This document shows, one piece after another, positions 1 through 13,575 of a stretch of 64,000 nt of DNA (positions are counted from its first letter, which is position 1; the number at the start of each line of letters is the position of its first letter). The notes under the pieces were generated by a model, which saw nothing but the letters and a program-made list of their open reading frames with translations, was not told where the DNA came from and searched no databases. Source of the stretch: the human T2T-CHM13v2.0 reference genome, Homo sapiens; the NCBI RefSeq assembly GCF_009914755.1, contig NC_060937.1; one strand, 5' to 3'. Both the position numbers and the translations under genes were made by a program.

Positions 1-111
1 GAAGGAACAAACTCCAGATGCGCCACCTTAAGAGCTGTAACACTCACCGCGAGGGTCCGCGGCTTCATTCTTGAAGTCAGTGAGACCAAGAACCCACCAA
101 TTCCAGACACA
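1..111 (+). mobile_element. 3' end (U5) of LTR12-family (LTR12C-like, ERV9) LTR, cut by window start
   Basis: GAAGGAACAAACTCCAG...AGAGCTGTAACACTCACCGCGAGGGTCCGCGGCTTCATTCTTGAAGTCAGTGAGACCAAGAACCCACCAATTCCAGACACA matches the recalled LTR12C terminus. No primer-binding site follows, so solo or 3' LTR. Confidence 0.92.
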
Positions 112-404
112 CTAAGACATTACTTTTAGCTCAGCATTTCTTGGATGCCCAGGCAAAAGTATGGATGCATAAAATTAGATAATCCCTACAGTCTTATGGA
201 ATGTGGCTTTTGCTGGCCAAGCCTCTCTCGCTTACCACAGTGCAACTTCAAGAATTAATATATTCAAAAAAGGCCTGGAATTTCCAAACAACATTCTTAT
301 TAAGGGTAAGTAGAAGTCGGAGTAGAAAGAATGTCTGGAATTTAATGAGTGTGTACTTTGTTCTGATACCTGTTTTTAAAAATGAGCACATGTGATTTCA
401 TTTA

Positions 405-565
405 ATATTCTTAATAATTCTATAAAATAGATATTATTTATCTTCCATTTCTGAATGACTAAAATAAGAAACGTAACCAAATTCACAGTCATTCAAATAT
501 TTATGTCCAGGATTGGAATCCAGGTCCGTCTGATGCCAAAGCCCATGGTTTTTCCATTCCAACAT
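405..565 (-). mobile_element. MIR fragment
   Basis: Degenerate MIR: ATTATTTATCTTCCATTTCTG...GGATTGGAATCCAGGTCCGTCTGATGCCAAAGCCCATGGTTTTTCCA. Confidence 0.65.
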
Positions 566-916
566 CCACCTACCTTGCCTACCCCAGCGCACCAAGTAAA
601 CAAGTGATCAGATAGACCAAAAAATGTCTAAGCAAGTCTAAGTCACTATTTAAAAAAGTGTGTTTGACTTCATTCACTTTGCCTTCGTGGGGAGCTCTTC
701 TGGGCTGTTTTCTCATTGACTACTGGTTTTGTCTCTCATCTCCCTGAGATTTTCATCTTGGATATTTTTTCCCTAGCTTTTTGAGAATTCAAAGGAAGCA
801 TATGTATCTTAATATGCAGAATACAGAAATTCTCAGTAGGACATGCATTATTTCAGTAGAAAAAAAGAAAGCAGCAGATTGCAGTTTATTTCTCTTTGTA
901 TCTTTACTCCCCATCT

Positions 917-918
<2 letters not shown>

Positions 919-958
<40 letters not shown>
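919..958. repeat. (GT)20 microsatellite
   Basis: Direct reading. Confidence 0.98.
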
Positions 959-959
<1 letters not shown>

Positions 960-1494
960 CGGAGGCTAGACTGCCTTACCCAGTTGTGGCTTTTTTGGTG
1001 GTTGTTATTTTGTTTCCTTTCTTTCTGGGTGCAGGTGAATTTCTAGCCTATTTGCCTTTTGAAGAGTCTCGCATAAGCCATCAACACACCTTCACCTTCC
1101 ACCCATCACAGTTACCTCCTCACAGGGGAACCCACACAGTGACAACAGCTGAGTCAAAACCATCTGCTAGATCTTTCATGTCTACCCACACTTTCAATAG
1201 CATAGTATTACCTCTGCTATCTGATAAAAAGTGGTATTATCATAGCCTAATGGAAAACGATGTTCTTTCCAACAGCGCTTCTACCAAAGCTCCAGAAAGT
1301 GTATGTTGATCCGTAAAAGTACTGGAAATGCTGTTTAGATTTAAAACCATTCAGGGCTCCCTGCAAGTTTGGTAAAAGGCTCTATGCTTTCTTTGCATTA
1401 TTCCAGTAATTATTGTGACTAAATATTCACCTACTTGAATAACTCAAGATAGAAGGGCAAAGATTTACTGAGCCCAGTGGCAATGATGAAGCTA

Positions 1495-2430
1495 TGGCCT
1501 GGGATAAAATATTTGCAACACATACATCAAACAAAAGTCTTGCATGTAGAATACAAAAAACAAAACAAAAACCCCTTAAACTGGAAAATAAAACAACAAC
1601 AAGCAAAATGGGAAAAAGATTTGAAGAGACACTTCACAGGAGAAGATGTAGGAATGACTGGTAAGCAGGAAAGACGATGCTCAACATTGTTAACCATCAG
1701 GGACATCTCAGTGGAAACCGTGATGAAGTACCCCTGTATACTCAATAAGATGGCTGTTAGGAAAAAGACCCAGTGTTGGTGAGGATGTAGAAACTGGAAT
1801 GTTCCTACAGTGTTGTGGGAATGTACAAGGGAACAGCCAAGCTGAAAAGATGTTAGCGGTTTCTTAAAAAGTTAAACCTACACCAATACATAATTCAAGC
1901 CTCTTCCACTCCTTGGTATTTACCCAGGAGAAATGAAAGCCATGTTCATACAAAGACTCTTACATTCTCATAGCAGCATGGCTCATTGCAATGGACATGC
2001 AATCTGTGTGTTCATGGACAGTAAATTGGAAAACAAAATACGTCTATCCATATAAGGGGATATCACCGAGCAACAAAATGATGTAAAAATCAGTACATGC
2101 AGCAACATGGATACATCTTAAAATCATTATGCTGAGTACATAGTATGGGGTCCCATTTAGATAAAATTGCAGAAGGTGAAAACTTATGTATAGTGGCAGA
2201 AAGCAGGTCATTGGTTGCCTGGAGATCATGGGGTCAGAAAGGGAAGAACTGATTGCAAAGGACACATTATGAAAATTTCCAGGGCAGGGTGATGGAACTG
2301 TTCAATGTCTTGATTGATTTATCTCTTGGGTGGATATGTCAAAATTTATCAAATGATACATTTAAAATATGTTCAGTTCTTGTTATGTAACGTATGTCTT
2401 CATAAATTAGTAAAAGAAAGTAAAAACTTA
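1495..2430 (+). mobile_element. Old L1M (L1MC/MD/ME-type) ORF2 end and 3' UTR
   Basis: ORF 1477..1782 reads KWEKDLKRHFTGED..RCSTLLTIRD (L1 ORF2 C-terminus). CCACTCCTTGGTATTTACCCAGGAGAAATGAAAGC; A-rich end. Confidence 0.85.
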
Positions 2431-4269
2431 GTAAAAAATTTGCAACAAAGTAGTAAAGAAAAAAAAGTAGCTATTGGAGTAACCAGAAGTAATGTATGAA
2501 GAGATCAAAATTGGGAGTGATACTTGGGAATAAGAAAAGAGCTACATTTGAGAACCACTTTGAAAGACGTGTTGGCAGGACTTGTTGAAAAAGTAAACCA
2601 TAAAGTTTTTAACAACCGTGATTGAGGAAGTGGTAGAAACATTGACAAAAATGGGAAAGTCAGTAGAATTGATAGAATTTGCTAATAGAAATGGCAGAGG
2701 GTTGAAGGGGAACTTCACGGAATGGACATACAGGTTGTATGTCTGTTGCTATGAGACATGCTGCTATGAGAATGTAAAAGTCTAACCTACTCATAGCTGC
2801 TTTGAATATCGTTTATGCCTTTCTCCTATCTTGCTGCTTCCTCTTGTTCTACAATTATCCTATGAATTTTCATTCCATGAAAAAGGAATTTTCTCTGTCT
2901 TATGTCTCAGTGAGTGACTTCTTTTTATCTTCCTGCTAATGTTTAAACCTGGAACCACTTGAAGCTTACTTAATCTTAAGTTTAGGCATGACTAACTTTC
3001 CTTTATTTCCTATTTCCCATTTGTTTCAGAATCTTTAAAAATCTCTCTTCTCATTCTGAAAATCTGCTCTCATAGGTATTATCATATATTCCCTAAACCT
3101 GTTTGCCTTTCCCCAGGTCTCTTTCTCCTGTACTTGTGTACAAGATTTAATATATAAGTATGTAATGTATTTTATAAAGAATTATTTAAAAATTGTTTTT
3201 AAAAAGAAAACCTTATTAGGCTAAACTTATTTAGAATGGCTCCTTGCCAAATGCTTCTAGACAAGAATAAATAAAGCCAAGAACAGCAACTATCTTGATA
3301 AAGATGTAGGGCTGGGGAGAGAAGAAGAATGTCAAGGGATTGGCAAGAGAGAGGTGCTGGGGCCACTGCAGGAGAGGGAGCTGCAAATGGGGGCAGGAAC
3401 TTTAAGAAGTGTTGCTGTTGGGGGTTGTGAATTGGAACTGCTAATTCTTCATAGGTAAACCTAAAATTTGGAATTCCTCTTAAATTCCTTTTGATTGAAT
3501 TGGGTTTCCTGGCATTTGACTCCCAGCAGGGACTGAGTCATGTGAAGCCCTTAAATGTATGAGAGCTAGGTCTGAATTGGTCAAAGTAACTACCGTTTCA
3601 TACATTATAGTAGCCAAGTCAATAATACTTCAGTAAATGAAAAGAAGAAAGAAAATCACTCAATTAGAAGCAAGATAACAAGCCTATAACAATTTTTTCC
3701 TTAGGCATTTAGGCTACAGCCTGTTAATAAAGTAAATGTAGCTATGGGAAGAATATTTTCATTGCCTGTAGCACAGGCTTTTGGCTCTTGTTTTAATTGG
3801 AGCTGTGCATTTGAATATTTATAAGTGTGATTTGCAAGCCTACAAATCAAATTATTTTCTGTATAGGATACCAACCAGAAAAAATGGTACTGTTTTTTGG
3901 AAAAACAATATGGTGTGTGGGATGGAATGAGGTTATGGTAACAAAATTTTCCTGACCCTAAGTTGGGCTGTGTTCTGACACATGGTTTGATAAGGCAAAA
4001 TATTTTAAATCAGTGGACTCAAGGAAAAGCCAGGACATATGGCTGTCTTAGTTTGGGTACTAAAATAAAATCCTATATTCAGACACCATCTCTTTAGTAA
4101 ATTAGACAGCACTACCCCAATACGTTCATGGATTTCTTGATTTATTGTTTCAGTTGCTTCTTAGCAAGATATAGAAGCCCTTCAATACATGTTTCTAGCC
4201 TCATGATTCTATTCTCTCTCACAGCCTAGCCTCATCCATTCTAAACTACTTAGTTTCACCGTATATGAT

Positions 4270-4405
4270 GAGCAGGAAGCCCAGAATTCTGGTAATTTTC
4301 TGTTTCTGGGTCTGGGTGCTGGTTCAAAGACGTGTTCAGTTTGTGCACATTCATTGCAGGTTTTACTTATGCATATTGCTTTTCAGTACAAATTTTAAAA
4401 AACAA
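4270..4405 (+). mobile_element. L1ME-type 3' terminal fragment
   Basis: GGTAATTTTCTGTTTCTGGGTCTGGGTGCTGGTT...GTGTTCAGTTTGTG resembles the L1ME 3' end. Confidence 0.6.
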
Positions 4406-4499
4406 TCAAAATTCAGTAAGTCATGATATTCAGTAAGATATAATATTCTGATAATCTGACCTTGGAAAAGTTTTAAAAATTGTTGGTGTTTGACAGATA

Positions 4500-5300
4500 A
4501 TTTCTGCAGAGAAGAAAACTATAAATTTTTTTGGTGGGATGGGGGAGGACATATGAGAGTTTGTGTCTAGCTCAGTAGGAGGAATTTTTTAAAAAGGAAC
4601 TTAAGCATAGGTGGGCCAGGGAAAGAGGTTTTAGCTCATTTCACTTTGTTCCTTTTGATTTAATGCAAGGAATTACTCAAGAGCAGAAAGGGATCACGGC
4701 GGGAGAAGTTCAAAGTATGGGTGAGGAGGAATGGTGTAGCCAAGTCCCAGAGAAGGTGTGAGGATGGGATCAGCGCAAAGGTAGAAAGTGTGGGGCATTA
4801 GAAGAGGATCAAATTCTCTCCTTAGAAATGGCAGGGATGGGAAGAAAGATACTGAGGCTCTCATATGTGTCTAAGTCCATTTGGGATATTAAAGTGTAGG
4901 AGGTGAGTGTGGAAGTGGGAGTTGAGAAGCAAGAGGGATTAACAGAAATGTTCTCAGAGGACTTATCTGTGTGATAAGATAGGAATGAAAGTTTTGCCTG
5001 AATGGCTAGGGGGCTCCATTATGAATGCCATTGTGGTTTTATGGTGCAGTGCTTTGGAGTTCAGGGTGAAACTGAAGGAAAGTAATCAGGAGGGGTGCCC
5101 AGACAATGCTGGGCATAAGTAAAGCTCTAAGGGGTGAGGCATCAGGGTGTTGTGAAGGACCTGTACATGATAACCCCGCACAGTCTCCAAAACTGTTTGG
5201 CAGGAATTCACTGAAGTACAGTGGGACGTGTAAAATTGGAGACTTAGAGAGGGCCCAAGGGATTAAGGGTTGAGGTCAGTGGGTACCATGTTCTGTCTCT
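4500..5300 (-). mobile_element. L2 internal fragment
   Basis: Purine-rich degenerate L2 antisense text, e.g. AAGTCCCAGAGAAGGTGTGAGGATGGGATCAGCGCAAAGGTAGAAAG. Confidence 0.5.
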
Positions 5301-7504
5301 GCAGGGGAGGGGAGAGATGCCACTTGGTGTAGACTTCAGGTCTTTTCTAAATTTTAATTGTCTCACTCCCTCTATCCTAGAGTAAGCATGTCATCGTGGC
5401 CATAATTTCTCTACAAAAAGTGCCTTAGGAAACAAAAGCTTGGGGCAATTTTTTTTCAGTACAGAGATGAGCCCCTCATGTTCCATAGCAGCTGCATAGC
5501 AGTCCTCAGGGTTATATAGATATGGAGTTACATCTGGACATCCCATTAGCTCCAAGAGGTTCAAGACAGCAGGCCTAATATTCCAGCATCAAAAAAGAGG
5601 TTCTACAAAGGTTGATTACTCCAAGTACAAGATCCCTGTGCCACCAGAGACCTGTGAATAGAATGGTTTTCTTAAACTAGATGCCAGGTCCCTCATTTCT
5701 AAATACACTGTCAGATATGCTCTTTTTATTTTGTAAAAGGTAAGCTTCAAACATATTCTTTTTACTAATGGAAGCACTGAATCAAGATTCAGCTTAGCTC
5801 TTGGGTTATTTGCCCTGACCATCCTTTCATGCAGAGCTGGTTTTTTATCCAAACATAACCCTTCTGTCAACATCATCATCATCATCAGCTGTTTGCTTAT
5901 ACTCCAAATTCTTATATTACACACTTTCAGCATCATTACCCCAAATTGGAGAATTTCAGGCAGAATCATCTGTGAAAATATTAGAGGTAAAAATAAGCTA
6001 TTATAGGGTGTTGATGTCACCCTGAGGCCTTGTTTGCTACTTTTCTGCTCATTTTACTGCATTTAACTCACGAGAAAAGGAACTAAACTATAATCAACTG
6101 CAATTTATCAGTGTTAATGGGGGAGAGACGAGGCATTGGCAATACAAGATAGCAAATAATAAGAGATGAATGCAAGAAAAAGATAACATATGCATACTTT
6201 AAAAAAGATTATAAATATGTAAATATCTGCCCTAATAATGTTGCAATTCAACTGGATATTCTGTGGTCTGGGAAGGGGAAAGAGGTAGAGCAAGATTACC
6301 TAGGGTTGCTGTGCATTTTGGTCATTGGCAGACGCACGGGGAGCTGTGTTAGAAAGCCCAGCAAGCGGAAAATTGAGAGCTGACTTGCCGCCAACTACAA
6401 TTGAAAACAGATGGGTATATCTGAGCCATGTTCACGTATCTTGTTCATTTTCTCATTAAAAAAATTGCTGCACTATTTTTAGTCTATGACTCATTTTTCG
6501 GCAAGAATCACCTGCAAGTAGATCTTAATTTTCTGCTGAACTTCAGGGAAAATTCAAGTTCAGCATGGCCTTCAAGAACTTTGACTCCTACAGAAATGGA
6601 CAAAAAGGTTGGCAGGTGTCAGTCTGATGAAGGGGCTGAGATCTTGACTGCCCTTGAGGGATGCCAGTATGAGATGGCTGTGGGGCAGGCTGTGGCTGCT
6701 TGTTGGAGGGAGGCAGCATTGTTTGCATCTTGACATCTCATTTCTGTAGGAAGGCATGGATCATTTTACTAGACCCTGTGAATAAGTCAAAATAAATCAA
6801 GATCTGCATTAGAACCGAAATCTCGATTACTTTTTTTGTCAGTTTTGCTTAGGCTGTATATATAAAAATGGGAAAAAAGGGCAGACACAGAACGTCAAAG
6901 AAACCAGCTCTTTATGTTTTAATTGCAGCCAAAAAAAAAACCAGCTATATAGGAGCTTATGGTTTTAATACTCTCAATATGAGACAAACCTAAGCATTCC
7001 CACTGAGTTTCTCCCTTTCTAAGATGTCATTTCCTCCCCATCCTTAACTGTCAGGTGTTGTATCATGTTGACCCATGATATACCCTTCACCCTTGAAAGC
7101 TCATACTCCAGAGAATCATAGTTTCTTAATATTTGTTTTATTAAGTGCCACCTTCCAAGATACAGTCCTTGCTGTAGCCAATTAGCTAGTTCACTGGCTC
7201 ATGAGAAGCTGCAATGCTTCTAGAAGCAATAAAATTAAAGAACAGTGCTCTCTTAAAAAGGCAGGGAGAAGTGGCAGGGCATTCTGTTGTTGCTGTTGTC
7301 CTTGTGAGCTGTCCTTCATGTTTGAGAAGCAGGGGCTGTCAAGAGCTTTACTGTACCCTTTGATGTATGAAGAATCCAATTTAGAGCTTAGTCTGTGCAC
7401 ATTTTCCAGTGACTAAGCCAGTCATTTGGGTTAGGGGAGTGGTATTTGTAAGGAGGTCTTTACAGCAGAGATTTTTTTTTTTTCCTTGATAGGTATGAAA
7501 GAAA

Positions 7505-7914
7505 CTGGTTAGCTCTTAACCAAAGCCATTTTCTCTTCCCTCTGAGCCCAGAGTTAGATCATTTTCCAGCCCTATTGTGGTGAGGTGTGGCCATGTGACT
7601 GAGATCTGACTGATGGAATGTGCTAAGAGTCGTGTTCACACCTCTTGGCTTGGCTCATAAAAACTGCACAATATGGCCCCCCATGGTTTTTCCCCTCTGA
7701 CTTGATGCAGACAAGCGTAGTAACCTGAGGAAACTGGCATTGGAGATGATGAAGCTGTGAGCCAGAAGAAGCCTGGGTCCCTGAGTCACTGGAGATCTGC
7801 CCTCTGTTAGGGAATAACCTGTTTGTGAACACAATACACATCTAGTCTCTGAAGCCACTAAGATTTAGCATTTTATCTGTTATATCTTTAGCTAGTTCTT
7901 CCTTACCTAAAACA
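7505..7914 (+). mobile_element. MaLR LTR, MLT1I/J-like
   Basis: GGTGTGGCCATGTGACTGAG..., GAAGCCTGGGTCCCTGAGTCAC, GAAGCCACTAAGATTT, terminal ..AACA. Confidence 0.75.
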
Positions 7915-8886
7915 TAGAACAAGTATATGCCTATATTTAATGTGTACTGAAATTATATTTGATTCATAGTGGCAAGCAATTTTAGATTCACCTTTGTTAA
8001 AACAAACAAAGGTCTATGTATTAATATTTGCAAGAGTCATTTATTTCAAATCTTTTTAAGACATGTGATTTCTAAAAGTCAGTTAACTTTAGTGACCAGA
8101 AGGCTTCCATGTGTGAAGCACTTTTAAGGGTATTGGGTGCGGATAATAGGCATAGATAAAGGTTGATGAGGTCTCTAACTGGAGAGGAAAAATAAACCTA
8201 CAAGAATATACTAAAGAAACACATGAAAACAAGGATAAATGAATAAAGTACATACACCATGTAAATTAATGTTCAGAGCTCAAAAAGAATTGTTACAAGA
8301 GGGGCTAAGGAGTTTTGAGACTTGCCAAAGATGCCTGAAAAGCTTGAAGCTAACTCGAGCTGAGGAATCAGCACTTGAACTCATGGAGCTAAATTGATTT
8401 CGGTTTCCTTCTGAGGCTGACTCAGGATTGGGGGACACAGAAAAGGATGGATTACAGTGACAGTGAGAGTGATATTGTTTTCTACCTAAGGTCTCACCCT
8501 GGAGGTTGTCTTCCTGGAGATTTTAAAAACTAGACTCCTGAAATATACTTTAGTCCTTTTAGGTTGCCCATGTAGAAAAAATTGAATGCCACTCATATGA
8601 GAAAAGCAAAGGTGATTTATTCAGCGCTTGCCATAGCAAAGGAGTTGGCCACCATCACTTTCATTTGGCAGAGACTCAAAGGTAGGCAGAGGAGCGAGAG
8701 AGCTTTACAGTGGGCAAAAGGGATGGCTTCACGTGTGCCCCTTATTGGAAGCTGTTGGCCAGGGGAAGCCCAGGGTGGCCAATTTGGAGCACGGAAGCCT
8801 GTCTGATTGGTTGGGGCCATAGTTGGCTTTCTCTGGTTAGTCCTAAATTAGAAGCAGTCACAAAAATTAGGGAGGCTGTCAGTTAC

Positions 8887-9712
<826 letters not shown>

Positions 9713-10425
9713 ATTATTAATTAAGTCCTGAACATTTTGGGTCTTTTGTTACAGAAGTTATTGTTTAGCTTCCTGGGTTATCACTAGAGATAGCAGACTG
9801 GCTTCCTGCGAGTCTGGCTTTAGCAGGCTGTCTTCCTGGGCTGTTTGTCATACATAATGGGCTTGGTTTCCTAAGCAGGCTGCTACAGATTTAGGGTGAT
9901 AGTTCTATTCTTATTATATGGTCCAGGCACTGTGCATTTGTACATTCAGTCTTTCATTTGTTTCTTCATTTTTATGATGATTTTATTTTAAATAGACCCT
10001 TTCCTTCCTTCCTTACAGAGGACAGCTGGCTGGCTTCCTTCACTTTCATATTAATAAGCCTCAATCCTTGCTGATCATAAACCCGCACCTGAGGATGAGT
10101 GCCAGGAAATGCAATGCCTTCTTCCCTCCTGGGTTGCCTCTTTCAGAGATTTGGGGGTAAAACTTGTGTCTGCATTATTGCCCTGCGGAAAGTCTTAATC
10201 CCATCAGTCCTCAAAATCTTTTTCACTGTTTCTGTTTTTCCCAGGGGCAGTGGCATCCTCATGCAAGCTGGTCTACTGGTGGCTGCCCCTGTGACCTGCT
10301 TCTGAATGGCCAGGCAGGAAAAGTCTCCCACTGTGTTGCATTTAAAGAAAAGAAAAAGATGAATTAAGTAAAAAGCTCTGCAAACAACTGAGTGTAATTA
10401 TTGGATATGTATAAACTTATGCATA

Positions 10426-10770
10426 TTTTCCTTTTTTTAATTATACTTTAAGTTCTAGGGCACATGTGCACAACGTGCAGGTTAGTTACATATGTATACA
10501 TGTGCCATGTTGGTGTGCTGCACCCATTAACTCGTCATTTAACATTAGGTATATCTCCTAATGCTATCCCTCCCCCCTCCCCCCACCCCACAACAGGCCC
10601 TGGTATGTGATGTTCCCCTTCCTGTGTCCATGTGTTCTCATTGTTCAATTCCCACCCATGAGTGAGAACATGCGGTGTTTGGTTTTTTGTCCTTGCGATA
10701 GTTTGCTGAGAATGATGGTTTCCAGCTTCATCCATGTCCCTACAAAGGACATGAACTCACCATTTTTTAT
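10426..10770 (-). mobile_element. 5'-truncated L1PA (L1PA3/4-like) 3' end
   Basis: TTATACTTTAAGTTCTAGGG.ACATGTGCACAACGTGCAGG...CCCTCCCCCCTCCCCCCACCCCACAACAGGCCC: canonical L1PA 3' UTR antisense, low divergence. Confidence 0.95.
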
Positions 10771-11811
10771 TTGAATCTGTTGATTTATTGCTTTTTAAAT
10801 AAAAAATGGATCTGTCCAAAAGGTGAAAATAAAGTATTTTATATTTCTTTCTTATTTCAGCTGGTTTAGCCTAAGGACAGAAAACCCCCAGCCCGTTTAG
10901 TATTCTAGGCATTTAAAAGACCCTCAAGTATCAGCTCTTTGGAAGCCCAGTGTCTTTAAATTTGCAAAATAGACAGGGCAAGATTCCATGTTTCTAACTC
11001 CCTGGGACTCATTTCAGGAGTTTGATTAACTCTTTGGTTTGTCTCAGCAAAGGGAGGCTGAAGTGTCCGCTTAGAAGAAGAGGTAGGGGGCATTCAGATG
11101 AGGGCTGTTGTCTGCCAAGATCAAAGCAGCGCTGCACATGCTAAAGAGTCTAATTCACAGACCCTCGGTGCTTAGTTGTAGCACCAACTTGAAGCCTATT
11201 TGGTCAGAAGTGGCCACTCGAGCTGTCTTAGGGCTAGGCAAGGGCTTCTTTGTTTCAGAAAGCACTTGCCACTGGGAGAAGAGAATGTGAAGTGAGGGAG
11301 CCCTCTTTTGGAGGAGGAAGGCTAAGGAGGAAAGTGAGGGAGAGTGGGAAAGACCACAGGACAAGAAGATCTAAGCCAAGGGAGCCTTGTTTGCCTTTAC
11401 TGGCAGGTAGGTACTCACGAAGAAGCCAGCCTGCATTTCTGAACTCACATCGTGGCAAAAGCAACAAACACTTTTAAGACAAAAGATAAAGGGTAAACTA
11501 CTTATGGGAAACACTTTTCCAAAAATACCTAGATTCTAGGTGACAGGGTTAGAATTGTTCTCTTGTCGTTTGGCTAACATAAGGGACTCCCAAGACAAGA
11601 GCAGAGAGGGTGGAGATGGTTATGTGTCAGTTGGAGCGAGGTGGGAGCAGGAACCTCCTATTTAGGGCACAAATCTTTACACAGGGATGACATTTGAAAG
11701 ATTTGGTCATGGACCTGGGTCCACTTCCTTTGCTTTTCAGAAAAGGTCCCAAGATTAGCAGCAAAAGTAATCCAGGTGAAAATAATCCATGAATTTGAAC
11801 ACTTTGTTGGG

Positions 11812-12352
11812 TGTAGTAGGGAGATTCTGACAGGTGCCTGATGACCCTATGTCCTGGTACCCACACCTTTGCTTAATCTCCTCCCTTCAAGTGGGGATTC
11901 ACTTTTAATGTGACTCACTTTTAATGAACAGAATACAGCAGAAGTGCTGGGATGTCATTTCTGGATGATGTTGTGCAAGACTGTGACTTCTATCTGGGAC
12001 ACACTCCTTTTCAAATCCTCACTTGCCCACTCTGGTGAAGCCACTGCCACATCGCCAGCTGCCCTACAGAGAGGCCACGTGGCAAGATGCTGAGGGCAGC
12101 TTCTGGCTGATAGCTGTAAGGAACAGAGGGTCTCAGCCCAACAGCTTGCAAAGAACTGAATTCTGGCAACAACCTTGTGAGTGAGTGTGGAAGTGGCTCC
12201 TATTGAGCCTTGAGATGGCTACAATCTACTGTCACTGTGATTCAGTAAATGCAAGTCCTAAACCATGCCCAGCTTCCTGAATTTCAGGATATGTGAGATG
12301 AAAGTGTTGTTGCTTAGGAGTATTTGTTCCACAGCAATAAATAACTAATACA
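11812..12352 (+). mobile_element. MaLR LTR MLT1F-like
   Basis: TGTAGTAGG start; GCTGCCCTACAGAGAGGCCACGTGGCAAG; ends CAGCAATAAATAACTAATACA. Confidence 0.82.
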
Positions 12353-12619
12353 CTAAGGTATTATTATTTTACTGTACCTTCTCTGCTTTGTGCACCTATT
12401 TGTCTGCTGAGTCCTATAAAGATTTATTCTTCAAAGTTTTCATTTCTTCCCTCCTTTCCGGTTTTATAGACACAGTCTATTCCAAGAAAAGCTTTAAACT
12501 TCCTGGGAAATTATAGGGAAATAAATTAGATGTCCTGACGTCTGCAGAATGTCCTCTAGACAGTGTCCTCATTATGCTGCCCCTGGTTCTTCCAGTTCAT
12601 CAAATCTCATTTAGCTGTG

Positions 12620-13345
12620 CACCAATTAGACTGCCTTTGGCTGGAAGTGACATAAAGCTGAAAAATAGTGGATTATATAAGCCAATAGCTTATTTTTCTC
12701 ACACAACAAAAAGTCTGGAGTTGAGTTGTCAAGGATGTTATTCTGTCTGAGTTGATAAACTTTGTTAAAGGTCAGAGAGTATTTTAGGCTTTGTGGGCTG
12801 TACCATCTCTGCTGCAATTACTAAATTCTGCCTTTAGGGCACAAAAGCAGCACAGATCATATGTAAACAAATGACTGCGTACCAATAAAACTTTATTTAT
12901 GGACAATGAAATACAAATTTCATGTTATTTTTATGTCATAAAATATTATACATTTTAAAAATTTCCTGTAACCATTAAAACATGTAAAAGCTATTCCTTT
13001 TGTAGGCTGTATAAAAACAGGCAAGCTGGATTTGCTGGCCTTTGTATTAGCTTCCTTCCACCTTCCTACATTCTCATTTTCAGTGCATGGCTTGGTCTTC
13101 ATGGGCACATTGTGACTGCTGCTGCTCCATTCACTGTGTTGGCATTTCAGGCAAAGAGAAAGGGGAGGGTGAAAGAAAAAGGAGTGTCGCCTAGATCAGA
13201 TCAACAAAAGCCTTCCAGAAAACTTCAGCTTATGTCTCAATAGGCAGAACTATGTTAACGTTTTTAGCTGGGCTTATAGCAAACCTGATCAAATTTGGGG
13301 TTCTATTAGTAAGAATAGAAAGAATGGATATTGGATAACATCATT
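12620..13345 (-). mobile_element. MaLR LTR MLT1K/L-like, interrupted by MER58
   Basis: TTTGGCTGGAAGTGACA...TTTTTCTCACACAACAAAAAGTCTGGAG resumes after 13045 and ends GGGGTTCTATTAGTAAG..GAATGGATATTGG. Confidence 0.65.
12748..13045. mobile_element. MER58B-like hAT-Charlie MITE
   Basis: AAAGGTCAGAGAGTATTTTAGGCTTTGTGGGC...CCAATAAAACTTTATTTATGGACA... Confidence 0.8.
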
Positions 13346-13385
13346 CAGATTGTAAGTGGTGAAAATGGAATTTGAACCTCTAGAC

Positions 13386-13575
13386 CAGTGATTCTCAATG
13401 GGATGATCAACCCTTACCCTTCCCAGGGGGCATTTGGCCACATCTGGAGATATGTTTGGTCATCACAACTGGTGTGTGTGGGTGCTACTGGCATCTCATG
13501 GGTAGATGCCAGGGATACTGCTAAACATCTGCAATACAGAATTAACCAGCACAAAAGTCAATAGTGCTGAGCTTT
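13386..13575. mobile_element. MER20 hAT-Charlie element
   Basis: CAGTGATTCTCAA..CCCAGGGGGCATTTGGC..ATCTGGAGA..GGTGCTACTGGCATCT..GGGTAGA.GCCAGGGATACTGCTAAACATC..GTCAATAGTGCTGAG. Confidence 0.88.

Noticed and set aside
10426-10770. Young L1PA 3' end without an obvious TSD
   Set aside because: AT-rich flanks make a short TSD or small target deletion undeterminable by eye; this is a common situation.
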